This document shows, piece after piece, positions 28,835 through 38,490 of a stretch of 64,000 nucleotides of DNA. This DNA comes from an uncultured Lachnospiraceae bacterium (GTDB taxonomy: Bacteria; Bacillota; Clostridia; Lachnospirales; Lachnospiraceae). The stretch lies in the NCBI GenBank assembly GCA_947626745.1, contig CANQTF010000008.1:20209-84208 (forward strand), given 5' to 3'. The notes beneath the pieces were generated by a model that ran no database searches, was not told the DNA's origin, and worked only from the letters and a program-made list of their open reading frames with translations. The position numbers were made by a program, and so were the translations under genes. How positions within the stretch are numbered: position 1 is the first letter of the stretch; each line of letters starts with the position of its first letter.

Positions 28835-29461
28835 CTATGCCTCCGGTTTTGCTTCCGCCGTTTCCGCTTTCGGCTGTTTTTCACCGATGATGAAGAACAG
28901 GCCGGACTTCTTCAGTGCGGGCCGGAGCGCCATGTACACTATGACGGAGACAAAGGTGGAGATCACCGCGTTGAGGGCGGTGATAGGAATGCTCCAGGTG
29001 AGCGTCAGCTCCGCGGCGGGCTTGCCGAGGATCAGCAGCTTGTAGTAATAGCCCACGAGGGGATCAAAGACTGCGTTGAACAGCAGACCGCCGACGGCTG
29101 CGAGGGTCGTCCATTTCAGCGCTCTGCGGGTATCCGTCTCGGTGGAGAGATGCCCGATCCTGTGGGCGATCAGGCCGGTGATCAGGCCGATGCACAGCTT
29201 CAGGCAAAAGGTCTTGGGTGCGGTCAGGATGTAGACGGGGTCGAACAGATCGCCGATCGTCATGCCGATAGCGCCGCCCAGTCCGCCGTACAGCCCGCCG
29301 AGAAGCAGAGCGCCGAGCACGCAGACGGCGTTGCCGAGGTGGATGGAGACCGCGCCCGCGCCGGGCAGGGTGATCTTGATCTGCAGGAAGGTGAACACGA
29401 CGTAGGACAGCGCCGCGAACAGTCCCGTGAACACAACTTTCAGTAATTTCTCGTTTTTCAT
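28835..29461 (-). CDS. ECF transporter S component (vitamin uptake; B6-related substrate suspected)
   Basis: GLFAALSYV, IHLGNA, GGAIGMTIGDL, multiple TM helices. Confidence 0.85.
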   Translation of the reverse strand: MKNEKLLKVVFTGLFAALSYVVFTFLQIKITLPGAGAVSIHLGNAVCVLGALLLGGLYGGLGGAIGMTIGDLFDPVYILTAPKTFCLKLCIGLITGLIAHRIGHLSTETDTRRALKWTTLAAVGGLLFNAVFDPLVGYYYKLLILGKPAAELTLTWSIPITALNAVISTFVSVIVYMALRPALKKSGLFFIIGEKQPKAETAEAKPEA

Positions 29462-29672
29462 AACATCTCACTCCTCTGTCATGTATTTGATAACCACTAT
29501 ACACCAAAATGGCATGTTTGAAAGTGCCAATTTAAGATTTTTTAACCATACCAGATTGGCGAAACATTTGTAAAAAGGCACGGTATTTTTGGGGAGACAA
29601 ATACACGGTTTTGTGGTATCATTACTAATAACGGTCTTTTTGACTGGAACGGCAGCGCCGACGGGGGCATCT

Positions 29673-30749
29673 ATGAATACGGAGAAGAACATTATTTTAG
29701 TCGTGGACGACGACAAGACGAATCTGACGCTTGCGCAGAATATCCTTCTGCCGCATTACCGTATCGCGGCGTCCAATTCCGGGCGGGCGGCGCTGAAATA
29801 TCTGGAGAGCCACCGGCCGGACCTGATCCTTCTGGACATCAACATGCCGGAAATGGACGGCTTTGAAGTGATGGAGCAGCTCAGGCGGACGGAGGAGACA
29901 AGGACGATCCCCGTCATCTTCCTGACGGCGGACAATCTGGCGGAGACGGAGATCAAGTGCTTTCAGATGGGCGCGATGGACTATGTCACCAAGCCCTTTG
30001 TGCCGGATATCCTGTTGAGCCGCGTGGACAAGACGATCGAGCTGGACCGCTACAGGAACAATCTGGAGGCGATGGTCAGGCAGCAGGCCGAGAAGATCAC
30101 GGAGGACGCCAGACGCATCAGCGCGATCCAAGATTCCGTCATCGTCGGCATGGCGAACCTGATCGAGAGCAGGGACGGCAGCACGGGCAGACACGTGAAG
30201 AACACCCAGAACTATGTGCAGCTGATCGCGGACGAACTGCGCGGCAGACAGCTTTTTGCGGAAGAACTGACGGACGATTACATAGAGAATCTGTGCAAGG
30301 CGGCTCCTCTGCACGACGTAGGCAAGATCAAAGTGCCGGACGCCATTCTGCAGAAGCCCGGCAGACTGACGCCGGAGGAGTACGAGACCATGAAGCTGCA
30401 CACCACATACAGCGGTAAGATCATCAGGATGATCCTCGGCGATCTGGAGGATAAGACCTACGTGAAGATGGCGGAGGATATCGCCATGTACCACCATGAG
30501 CGGTGGGACGGAACGGGGTATCCCACCGGCCTTGCGGGCGAGGCCATTCCGCTGTCAGCGCGTATCATGGCCGTGGCGGACGTCTTTGACGCCCTCTATG
30601 AGGAGCGCGTTTACAAGCCGCCGGTCAGACCCATAGAGCGCATCATGCAGATCATGTCGGAGGGCCGCGGGACGCAGTTCGACCCGACGATCATAGACGT
30701 GTTCATGGAGATGCTTCCGAAGCTGAAAGCGCATCTGGGCATCGGCTGA
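29673..30749 (+). CDS. Response regulator with HD-GYP cyclic-di-GMP phosphodiesterase output (RpfG-like)
   Basis: REC (VVDDD, LLDINMP, TKPF); PLHDVGK, HHERWDGTGYP, RIMAVADVFDAL. Confidence 0.92.
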   Translation: MNTEKNIILVVDDDKTNLTLAQNILLPHYRIAASNSGRAALKYLESHRPDLILLDINMPEMDGFEVMEQLRRTEETRTIPVIFLTADNLAETEIKCFQMGAMDYVTKPFVPDILLSRVDKTIELDRYRNNLEAMVRQQAEKITEDARRISAIQDSVIVGMANLIESRDGSTGRHVKNTQNYVQLIADELRGRQLFAEELTDDYIENLCKAAPLHDVGKIKVPDAILQKPGRLTPEEYETMKLHTTYSGKIIRMILGDLEDKTYVKMAEDIAMYHHERWDGTGYPTGLAGEAIPLSARIMAVADVFDALYEERVYKPPVRPIERIMQIMSEGRGTQFDPTIIDVFMEMLPKLKAHLGIG

Positions 30750-30785
30750 CGATACTGCAGATACAGAAAGGACCGGTAGCTTATT

Positions 30786-33620
30786 TTGGAGAAAAGGCAG
30801 TTTAACAATGAAAAAACGGACAGGAAACTGGAGCAGAGCGTATTGGGGATATACACGCTGTTTTCGATCGGCACGTTTGTGTCGGGGATCCTGCTTCACT
30901 GGAATATCTTCGTGACGGAGCTCCTTGCGGTGACGACGGTGCTGCCGTGGGTCATCTGCATCGGCAGATATCGGGATCATGCGTTCCGCGCCAAGATGAC
31001 GGCGTTCCTGTCATGGTTCAATTTTACCGTCTATGCGGTCCACTCGGAAAACTTTACCTCCATGCTCTCCACCATGCTTGCGGTGATCGTGCTGATGGGG
31101 GTTTTTTGTATCCCGGAGATCATCTATATGGGCGTGGGCTTCACGACGCTCAACATAGCGCTGCATATGTTCGTGCTGCACACGGTCGAGATGACTGCGC
31201 CCAACGAGGTGATACGGGTCGCGCTGCACGTCATTTCCGCCTATGTGATCTCCCTCGTCATCTGGATCTCGATGCGCACCAGACTGGAGACGGACGAGCT
31301 TCTCATGGAGAATATCCGGGAGCTGAAGGAAGTGGAGCAGAGCAAGGACGATTTTCTGGTGAACATCTCCCACGAGATCCGCACGCCGATCAATGCCGTC
31401 TGCGGTATGAGCGAGGCGATCCTGCAGGAAGATCTGCCGGAGAATGTCAGGGGCGATATCATCGATATCCAGACCGCGGGGCGCAACCTGCTCTCTACGG
31501 TCAGCAATATTCTGGATTTCTCGGAGCTGGAGAGCGGCGTGATGGAACTGGCGGAGGAAAGCTACAACATCACCTCCACCGTCACGGACATCATCAATAT
31601 GGCAGTGACGAAGGAAAACGGCAAGAAGCTGGAGTTGATCGTGGACTGCGATGCGTCGCTGCCCAGCAACCTCGTCGGTGATGAGCAGAAGCTGCGGCGC
31701 GTCGTGATGAACCTTCTGGACAATGCGATCAAGTTCACGAAGGAGGGCGGCATCGTCATGCGCATCGGCTTCCGCCGGGAGGAGTACGGGATCAATCTCC
31801 TCGTGGAGATCAAGGATTCCGGCATCGGCATCAGCCCCGCGGACATGGAGAAGATATTCGGCAGCTTCAGCCAAGTGGATTCGAGGCGGAACAGAGCCGA
31901 GGGCGGAATCGGGCTGGGGCTGTCTATCACACAGGCTCTCGTGCGCAATATGGGCGGTTTCCTAACGGTGGAGAGCGAGGAGGGCAAGGGAACGGAGTTC
32001 CGTTTCGCGATCCCGCAGAAGGTGTTGGACGATACGCCTATCGTTTCGATCAAAAACAAGGGCAGTCTCTATGCCGCCTGTTATATCAATATGGACAAAT
32101 ACGACTCGCCGGTGGTGCGCGAGGGATATGAGAAGAGTATCCGCCATATGGCCGAGCAGTTCGGTATCCTGTTCCGCATCTGTAGGAATCTGCCGGAGCT
32201 GAAGCGGCGCAGACAGATCGAGAACTATTCTCATGTGTTCATAGGCTGGGAAGAATACTGTGAGGACAGGGCGTTCTTTGAGGCGCTGGCGAAGGAACTC
32301 ACGGTCGTTCTGGTCATGGATTACGGGCAGGAGTCGGAGGAGGGCAGCGGTATGCTGCGCATCTACAAGCCCTTCACGGTGCTGTCCATCGCCGCTGTGT
32401 TCAACGGACAGCGGGCGCTGCAGAAGGAGGATCTGCACGGCGACATCAGGCACCGCTTTGTCGCGCCGTCGGCGAAGGTGCTCGTGGTGGACGACAATGC
32501 CATGAACCTGAAAGTCATGGCAAGGCTGCTCCTGCCTTACCGCATCAAGACCGTCTCTGCGCTGGGCGGGCAGGAAGCCCTTCAAAAGATCGATACGATG
32601 GATTACGACTGTGTCTTTCTGGATCACATGATGCCGGAGATGGACGGCGTGGAGACCCTGCACAGGCTGCGGCAGAAGCCAGGCTCGTATTTTCAGGCCG
32701 TGCCGGTCATCGCTTTTACCGCCAATGCGATCGGCGGGGCGCGTGAGATGTTCTTGGCGGAGGGCTTCAATGATTTTATCGCGAAGCCCATTGAGTTGAG
32801 CGTCCTGGAGCGTATGCTGCGCCGTTACATACCGAAGCAGAAGCAGCTCGCGGCGGAGGCTGCGCCCGCCGGCAGAGAGACTGCGGACACCGCGCCGGAG
32901 GGCGGCGCGCAGCGCACGGCCGAAGAGAAGGCGCAGGGGAACCCGTCGGGAACGGACGGGCTGGAAGCGCTGGCACAGGCGGGCATCAATGTCAAGACAG
33001 GACTCTCCTACTGCGGCGACAGGGAGGGCTTTCGCGATATCGCTGTCATGTACCATGAACAGGGCGCGAAGCGGAACGAGCAGCTTACGAAGCTGTATGC
33101 GGAGGAGAATTGGAAGGATTATTCCATAGCGGTGCATGCATTGAAGAGCAATTCCAAGGGCATTGGGGCGGAAGAGTTGGCGGAGCTGGCGCTGGGCCTT
33201 GAGATGGCGGGCAAGGAAGGGCGCGTCGAGTATATCCGCGAACACCACGGGGAGCTGCTGGAGAAGCACAACGCCCTGCTCCATGCGCTGGCGCTCAACC
33301 CGTTCCTCTATCCGGACGGGTATCGCGAGGTCCGGCAGGAGGAAGCGGCGGCGGAAGCCGGCGGCGGGGAACGGACCGCGGAAGAGATCGACGAAGACAG
33401 TCTGCGGGAGCAGCTTGCAAAACTGCGGGAGCTGCTGGACGGTTTTGAGAGCGACGGCGTACACGACATCTTAGAGCTTCTGGCAGGGAAAAGCTTCCGC
33501 GGCGAGGCACTGTCCGGAATGGCTGCAGATATCGGAAGCAGCGTGGAGGAGTTCGATTTCCTCGGGGCGTCCGAGGCGTTGGGGACGTGGGAGCAAAAGC
33601 TTTTACAGAGCGCGACGTGA
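30786..33620 (+). CDS. Membrane hybrid histidine kinase (HisKA-HATPase-degenerate REC-REC-HPt)
   Basis: SHEIRTP, NLLDNAIKFT, DSGIG, GIGLGL, FLDHMMP, HALKSNSKGIGA HPt motif. Confidence 0.92.
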   Translation: MEKRQFNNEKTDRKLEQSVLGIYTLFSIGTFVSGILLHWNIFVTELLAVTTVLPWVICIGRYRDHAFRAKMTAFLSWFNFTVYAVHSENFTSMLSTMLAVIVLMGVFCIPEIIYMGVGFTTLNIALHMFVLHTVEMTAPNEVIRVALHVISAYVISLVIWISMRTRLETDELLMENIRELKEVEQSKDDFLVNISHEIRTPINAVCGMSEAILQEDLPENVRGDIIDIQTAGRNLLSTVSNILDFSELESGVMELAEESYNITSTVTDIINMAVTKENGKKLELIVDCDASLPSNLVGDEQKLRRVVMNLLDNAIKFTKEGGIVMRIGFRREEYGINLLVEIKDSGIGISPADMEKIFGSFSQVDSRRNRAEGGIGLGLSITQALVRNMGGFLTVESEEGKGTEFRFAIPQKVLDDTPIVSIKNKGSLYAACYINMDKYDSPVVREGYEKSIRHMAEQFGILFRICRNLPELKRRRQIENYSHVFIGWEEYCEDRAFFEALAKELTVVLVMDYGQESEEGSGMLRIYKPFTVLSIAAVFNGQRALQKEDLHGDIRHRFVAPSAKVLVVDDNAMNLKVMARLLLPYRIKTVSALGGQEALQKIDTMDYDCVFLDHMMPEMDGVETLHRLRQKPGSYFQAVPVIAFTANAIGGAREMFLAEGFNDFIAKPIELSVLERMLRRYIPKQKQLAAEAAPAGRETADTAPEGGAQRTAEEKAQGNPSGTDGLEALAQAGINVKTGLSYCGDREGFRDIAVMYHEQGAKRNEQLTKLYAEENWKDYSIAVHALKSNSKGIGAEELAELALGLEMAGKEGRVEYIREHHGELLEKHNALLHALALNPFLYPDGYREVRQEEAAAEAGGGERTAEEIDEDSLREQLAKLRELLDGFESDGVHDILELLAGKSFRGEALSGMAADIGSSVEEFDFLGASEALGTWEQKLLQSAT

Positions 33621-33650
33621 CGGGAGATATCGGAAAGGTTGGATTGAAAC

Positions 33651-36347
33651 ATGATCAGGAGAATGCGTAGATTTTGGCGGGATCTTTTTCCCGATAAACT
33701 GAGTCTGGAGGAGCGGACCAGCCGGTGCGTCCTGCTGCTCGCGTTTCTCGGCTCTATCATCGGTATGGGCAGGGTGGCCTTAGGCGTGACGCCCGTCGTC
33801 CTCTTTGCGCTTGTGTCGATGTGCGTCGTGGCGGGGATCGCCCTCTATGTGGCGGTGGAACAGCAGCAGACGAAACAGGCGTCGTGGGCGCTCGTCCTGA
33901 TCTACAATATCGTCCTGTTTCCGCTGGTCTTCGTTATGAGCGGCGGCGTGGAGAGCGGCACGCCGGTCTGGCTGGTGCTCGGACTGGTCTATATCTTCGT
34001 GCTGTTCAAGGGGCGGGATGTGGTGATCGCCATAGCGATCTCCCTGCTCTCCTTTGTGGCGACATATCTCTTTTCCTATACGCATACGGAGTTCGTCATG
34101 TCCGTGAGCCGGGAGTACAGCTATCTGGATTCCTACATCACGCTTATGGTGGTGAGCATCTTCATCGGCACGCTGATGCGGATACAGTTTACCACCTACG
34201 ACAAGGAACGCCGTCTGGCGCAGCAGCAGAAGGAGGAGATCGAGCAGATCGCGCATTCCAAGGACGCCTTCTTTGCCAATATGAGCCATGAGATCCGCAC
34301 GCCCATCAACACGATCATCGGCCTGAACGAGATGATCCTGCGGGAGGACATCTCCGACGAGATAGCGGAGAATGCCATTAACATTCAGAACGCCAGCAAG
34401 ATGCTGCTGACGACGATCAACGATATCCTCGATCTGTCCAAGCTGGAATCCGGCAAGATGGAGATCGTGCCGGCGCAGTATGAGATCAGCGCCATGTTCA
34501 GCGATCTGGTCAATCTCATATGGATCAGGGCGCATCAGAAAGAATTGGAGTTCAAGGTGGACATCGATCCGGAGATCCCCTCCATGCTCTATGGCGATGA
34601 GGTGCGCATCAAGCAGATCGTGACGAATTTTTTGACCAATGCGGTCAAGTATACGGAAAAGGGTTCTGTCACGCTGACGGCCAAGGCGGAGCGCACTGCG
34701 CCGGACGAGATCCTGCTGCGCATCTCGGTATCCGATACGGGTATGGGGATCCGCAAGGAGGATCTGGACAATCTGTTCAGCTCCTTCAAACGTGTGGACG
34801 AGAGGGAGAACCGCAACATCGAGGGCACGGGCCTTGGGCTCAATATCTCCAAGCAGCTTGCGGAGATGATGGGCGGTAAGCTGTACGTTGACAGTATTTA
34901 CCGGCAGGGCTCGACGTTTACGGTGGAAGTCCGGCAGCGGATCGTCAACGTCCGGCCTATCGGCGTCATCAGCTTTGCCGCGCAGAAACAGCTGCATCAG
35001 CGCGCTAGGTACAAGCAGAGCTTTACCGCGCCGGACGCAAGCGTGCTCGTGGTGGACGACAACGAGATGAACCGCATGGTGGCAGTCAAGCTGTTGCGCG
35101 GTACGGCCATGACGGTGGAGACGGCGGCAAGCGGGAAGGAATGTCTTAGGAAGACCGCGGAGAAGCCATACCATGTGATCCTTATGGATCATATGATGCC
35201 GGATATGGACGGTGAGGAGACGATGCGGGCCGTGCGCACACAGGCCAGAGGGTACTGCCAGAAAGTGCCGATCATCGCGCTGACGGCCAATGTCATGACG
35301 AACGCGGAACAGGTCTATCACGATATGGGCTTCGACGGCTATCTCGCGAAACCGATCAACTCCGCGCTTCTGGACGCAAGCCTTCTCAAATATCTGCCGC
35401 CGGAGCTGGTGGAGTATACCGCACAGCACGAGGAGGAGGAAGAGGAGGAAAGCGCGGTCAGACAGGTGACGAGCGTGCGGAAGCGGAAGATCGCCGTCAC
35501 GGCGGACTGCATCTGCGACCTGCCGAAGGAGCTGCTGGAGCGATACCAGATCAAGCTGATGTACTGCTATGTCCACACGAAGGAAGGGCGCTTCTGCGAT
35601 CTCTTCGAGGTGTCCAGCGACAGTATTCTGGAATATCTGAACATCAAGGGCAATTATGCGCACTCGTCTACCGCAGAGCCTGAGAAATACGAATACTTCT
35701 TCTCGGACGTCCTTAAGAGCGCGGAGCATGTCATACATATCACCGCGACGACCGATCTGAGCGGCGCTTATCCGAATGCCCTGCAGGCGAGCAAGAGCTT
35801 CGACAACGTGACGGTGTTCGATTCCTCGCACATCAGCAGCGGCCATGGCCTGATGGTGCTGCGGGCTGCCGTTTTGGCGGAGGAGGGAAAGAGCGTCGAG
35901 GAGATCTGCAAGGAGTTGGAACAGTTTAAGGACATGGTCTGCTCCAACTTTCTCGTGCCGAGCACGGAGGCGCTGTACCGCAACGGCAAGATCGGCGGCG
36001 CGGTACACGGGCTGTGCCGTATGCTGAACCTGCACCCCGTGCTCCACATGGCGCAGAATGAGCTGAAGCTGTGGAAGATCGAGACGGGAAACGTCGGGAA
36101 AGCGCAGCGCAGGTATGTGAAGAAGCTGCTCTCCCATGCCAGACAGATCGATACGAGAGTGCTCTTCTTTACCTATGCGGGCTGCAGCGTGCGGCAGGTC
36201 GAGGAGATCCTTGCGGAAGTGGAGAAGTACGCCCACTTTGACAAGGTGATCCTGCAGAAGGCGTCGGCCACGGTGTCCAGCAACTGCGGCATGGGCGTGT
36301 TCGGGCTGATGTACGTCCGCAAAAAGAGCGAAGCCTCATGGTGGTAA
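33651..36347 (+). CDS. Membrane hybrid histidine kinase with REC and C-terminal DegV (fatty-acid-binding) domain
   Basis: SHEIRTP, NAVKYT, GTGLGL, LMDHMMP; then KIAVTADCICDLP..., TTDLSGAY, VTVFDSSHISSG, LNLHPVL DegV motifs. Confidence 0.88.
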   Translation: MIRRMRRFWRDLFPDKLSLEERTSRCVLLLAFLGSIIGMGRVALGVTPVVLFALVSMCVVAGIALYVAVEQQQTKQASWALVLIYNIVLFPLVFVMSGGVESGTPVWLVLGLVYIFVLFKGRDVVIAIAISLLSFVATYLFSYTHTEFVMSVSREYSYLDSYITLMVVSIFIGTLMRIQFTTYDKERRLAQQQKEEIEQIAHSKDAFFANMSHEIRTPINTIIGLNEMILREDISDEIAENAINIQNASKMLLTTINDILDLSKLESGKMEIVPAQYEISAMFSDLVNLIWIRAHQKELEFKVDIDPEIPSMLYGDEVRIKQIVTNFLTNAVKYTEKGSVTLTAKAERTAPDEILLRISVSDTGMGIRKEDLDNLFSSFKRVDERENRNIEGTGLGLNISKQLAEMMGGKLYVDSIYRQGSTFTVEVRQRIVNVRPIGVISFAAQKQLHQRARYKQSFTAPDASVLVVDDNEMNRMVAVKLLRGTAMTVETAASGKECLRKTAEKPYHVILMDHMMPDMDGEETMRAVRTQARGYCQKVPIIALTANVMTNAEQVYHDMGFDGYLAKPINSALLDASLLKYLPPELVEYTAQHEEEEEEESAVRQVTSVRKRKIAVTADCICDLPKELLERYQIKLMYCYVHTKEGRFCDLFEVSSDSILEYLNIKGNYAHSSTAEPEKYEYFFSDVLKSAEHVIHITATTDLSGAYPNALQASKSFDNVTVFDSSHISSGHGLMVLRAAVLAEEGKSVEEICKELEQFKDMVCSNFLVPSTEALYRNGKIGGAVHGLCRMLNLHPVLHMAQNELKLWKIETGNVGKAQRRYVKKLLSHARQIDTRVLFFTYAGCSVRQVEEILAEVEKYAHFDKVILQKASATVSSNCGMGVFGLMYVRKKSEASWW

Positions 36348-36395
36348 GGGCGGCATGCGCCGGGAGCGGCTGTTTTGCTTTGGCAAAAATCAGTC

Positions 36396-36500
36396 TTGAC
36401 AAAAGGCGCGGCAAGTGCTATATAGAATAGTGTAAAATAACAGAAACATAACTGACATGTGACAAAGGCGTTTGGAGGATTCCAGACGCCTTTGTCGCGT
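36396..36500 (+). promoter_or_regulatory. Promoter and ANTAR-like leader hairpin upstream of the ATP-grasp operon
   Basis: TTGACA-N17-TATATA; ~20-bp stem 36457-36500 whose 5' arm contains GAC-AAAGGC-GTT (A1/G4 hexaloop). Confidence 0.5.
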
Positions 36501-36519
36501 ATTGCGGGAGGCGAAGAGC

Positions 36520-37836
36520 ATGGAAATAGAACTGACCAGACGGGCGGAGACGGTGAACGAGCTGCTGGCGCGTTACGGCGTCAAATTCGGCATATACAAG
36601 AACAACGAATTCAAGGAACAGCTTTTTCCGTTCGACACGATCCCGCGGATCATTAAGAAAGAGGAGTTCGCCTATCTGGAAAAAGGCTTAAAGCAGCGGG
36701 TCATGGCCCTGAACTGTTTTATCCGCGATATTTACGGTGAAAAAAAGATCATACGCGACAAGGTCGTGCCGGAGGAGTTCGTGTACATTTCGTCCGGTTA
36801 TCTGGCGCCCTGCGACGGCGTCGTGCCGCCGAAGGGGATCTACACCCACATTGCGGGCATCGATCTGGTGCAGGGCAGGGACGGGAACTGGTACGTTCTG
36901 GAAGACAATCTGCGCGTGCCGTCGGGCGCATCTTACCCGATGATCGCCAGGGAAATCTGCAGAAAGAGCAGTCCGGGTACCTTTGAGGAGTATCATGTGG
37001 AGGACAACCGCGACTATGCGAAGCTGCTGCGCTGGACGATGGACTATGTCAATACGGGAGGGCATACGGTGATCCTGACGCCGGGACGCTACAATGCGGC
37101 TTACTTCGAGCACTCCTACTTCGCGGAGAAGACGGGCGCGCATCTGGCGACGGGAAAGGAGCTTACGGTGGAGGACGATTATCTGTACTTCGTCGATTAT
37201 TCCGGCAGACGGGAGAAGGTGGGCGCGGTCTATCGGAGGATCTCCGACGAGTATCTCGACCCTATGACCTTTAACGAGGAGTCGGTCATCGGTATCCCGC
37301 ATATCTACGACGTGTACCGGAAGGGCCATGTGGCGCTCTTAAACGCGCCGGGTAACGGCGTCGCGGACGACAAGGGCATCTACTACTTCGTGCCGAAGAT
37401 GGTGCGCTACTATCTGGACGAAGAGCCGATCCTGCAGAACGCGCCCACCTATCTGCCCTACTATGAGGAGGATATGCGGTATGTGCTGGAGCATTTCGAC
37501 GATCTGGTCTTAAAGGATGTGGCGGAGGCCGGCGGTTACGGCGTCGTTTTTGCCAATAAGATGACCGCCGGACAGAAGGAGGATTTCATCGCGCTCCTGA
37601 AAAGAGAACCCAGGCGCTTTATCGCGCAGGAGGTCATCGACTTCAAGGACATCGATATCGTGGAGAACGCGAGGCGTGTGCCGCGCAAGGCGGATCTGCG
37701 GGCGTTTGTGCTCATGGTGGACGAACCGCTTGTCTGGAAGAGCGGCCTGACGCGTTTCTCCAGAGATCCGGATTCCTTTATCGTCAACTCATCGCAGGGA
37801 GGAGGTTTCAAGGACACATGGGTATTATCTCAGTAG
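36520..37836 (+). CDS. Circularly permuted type 2 ATP-grasp protein
   Basis: FPFDTIPRII, GLKQR, GIDLV, VLEDNLRVPSGASY, NAPGNGVADDK, NSSQGGGFKDTWV. Confidence 0.92.
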   Translation: MEIELTRRAETVNELLARYGVKFGIYKNNEFKEQLFPFDTIPRIIKKEEFAYLEKGLKQRVMALNCFIRDIYGEKKIIRDKVVPEEFVYISSGYLAPCDGVVPPKGIYTHIAGIDLVQGRDGNWYVLEDNLRVPSGASYPMIAREICRKSSPGTFEEYHVEDNRDYAKLLRWTMDYVNTGGHTVILTPGRYNAAYFEHSYFAEKTGAHLATGKELTVEDDYLYFVDYSGRREKVGAVYRRISDEYLDPMTFNEESVIGIPHIYDVYRKGHVALLNAPGNGVADDKGIYYFVPKMVRYYLDEEPILQNAPTYLPYYEEDMRYVLEHFDDLVLKDVAEAGGYGVVFANKMTAGQKEDFIALLKREPRRFIAQEVIDFKDIDIVENARRVPRKADLRAFVLMVDEPLVWKSGLTRFSRDPDSFIVNSSQGGGFKDTWVLSQ

Positions 37837-38486
37837 AAAATATGGACAGACTGTTCTGGCTCGGCAGATATTCCGAGCGGGTCTACACTTCGGCAAGGCT
37901 GTTTGCGGACAGCTTCGACAGAATGATAGACACGGATATGGACGACTACGCGGTGTTCTGCCGCCGGCTGGATATCCCGAATATCTACGGCTCCAAAGAG
38001 GATTTCTGTGCGCGCTACATCTCGGACGAAGACGATCCGAATTCGATCTACTCCAATCTGATGCGGGCCTATGACAACGCCATTGTGCTTCGGAACGAGA
38101 TCGGGAGCGAACCCATTACTTATATACAGCTCTCCGTGTATGACATGAAAAAGAGCAGGGTGATGCGGGCGCCGCTTGTGGGCTTACAGAAGGTGGAGGA
38201 CGATATTCTGGCGTTCTGGGGCATTGTGGACGACATGATCGAAGATGAAAATATGCGCAACATCATCAAGGTAGGCAAGCGGGTCGAGCGCCTCGATCTG
38301 TACGGCCGGCTGCGGACGGACAGGGCGGACATCGTCAGGGAAGTGCATCGGCTCGCGGGGCGGATCGCGCGCACCAATCTGCACTATGACGAGAAAAATT
38401 TGAAAGAGCTGAAAAAACTTGCGGAAGAAGAACAGATAGACTATGATAGGGTCGTAGCGTTGGCTGACACATTGCGCAAGGACTGA
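37818..38486 (+). CDS. Alpha-E domain protein
   Basis: LFWLGRYSER, DPNSI..AYDNA..LR, GKRVER motifs; overlaps ATP-grasp gene. Confidence 0.88.
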   Translation: MGIISVENMDRLFWLGRYSERVYTSARLFADSFDRMIDTDMDDYAVFCRRLDIPNIYGSKEDFCARYISDEDDPNSIYSNLMRAYDNAIVLRNEIGSEPITYIQLSVYDMKKSRVMRAPLVGLQKVEDDILAFWGIVDDMIEDENMRNIIKVGKRVERLDLYGRLRTDRADIVREVHRLAGRIARTNLHYDEKNLKELKKLAEEEQIDYDRVVALADTLRKD

Positions 38487-38490
38487 CAAC

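Noticed and set aside
33780-36236. Very long antisense ORFs (818 aa here; also 19576-21492, 41971-43740, 31962-33464, 13981-15393, 1722-3008)
   Set aside because: Shadow ORFs opposite well-supported genes, expected from high third-position GC; no motifs or RBS
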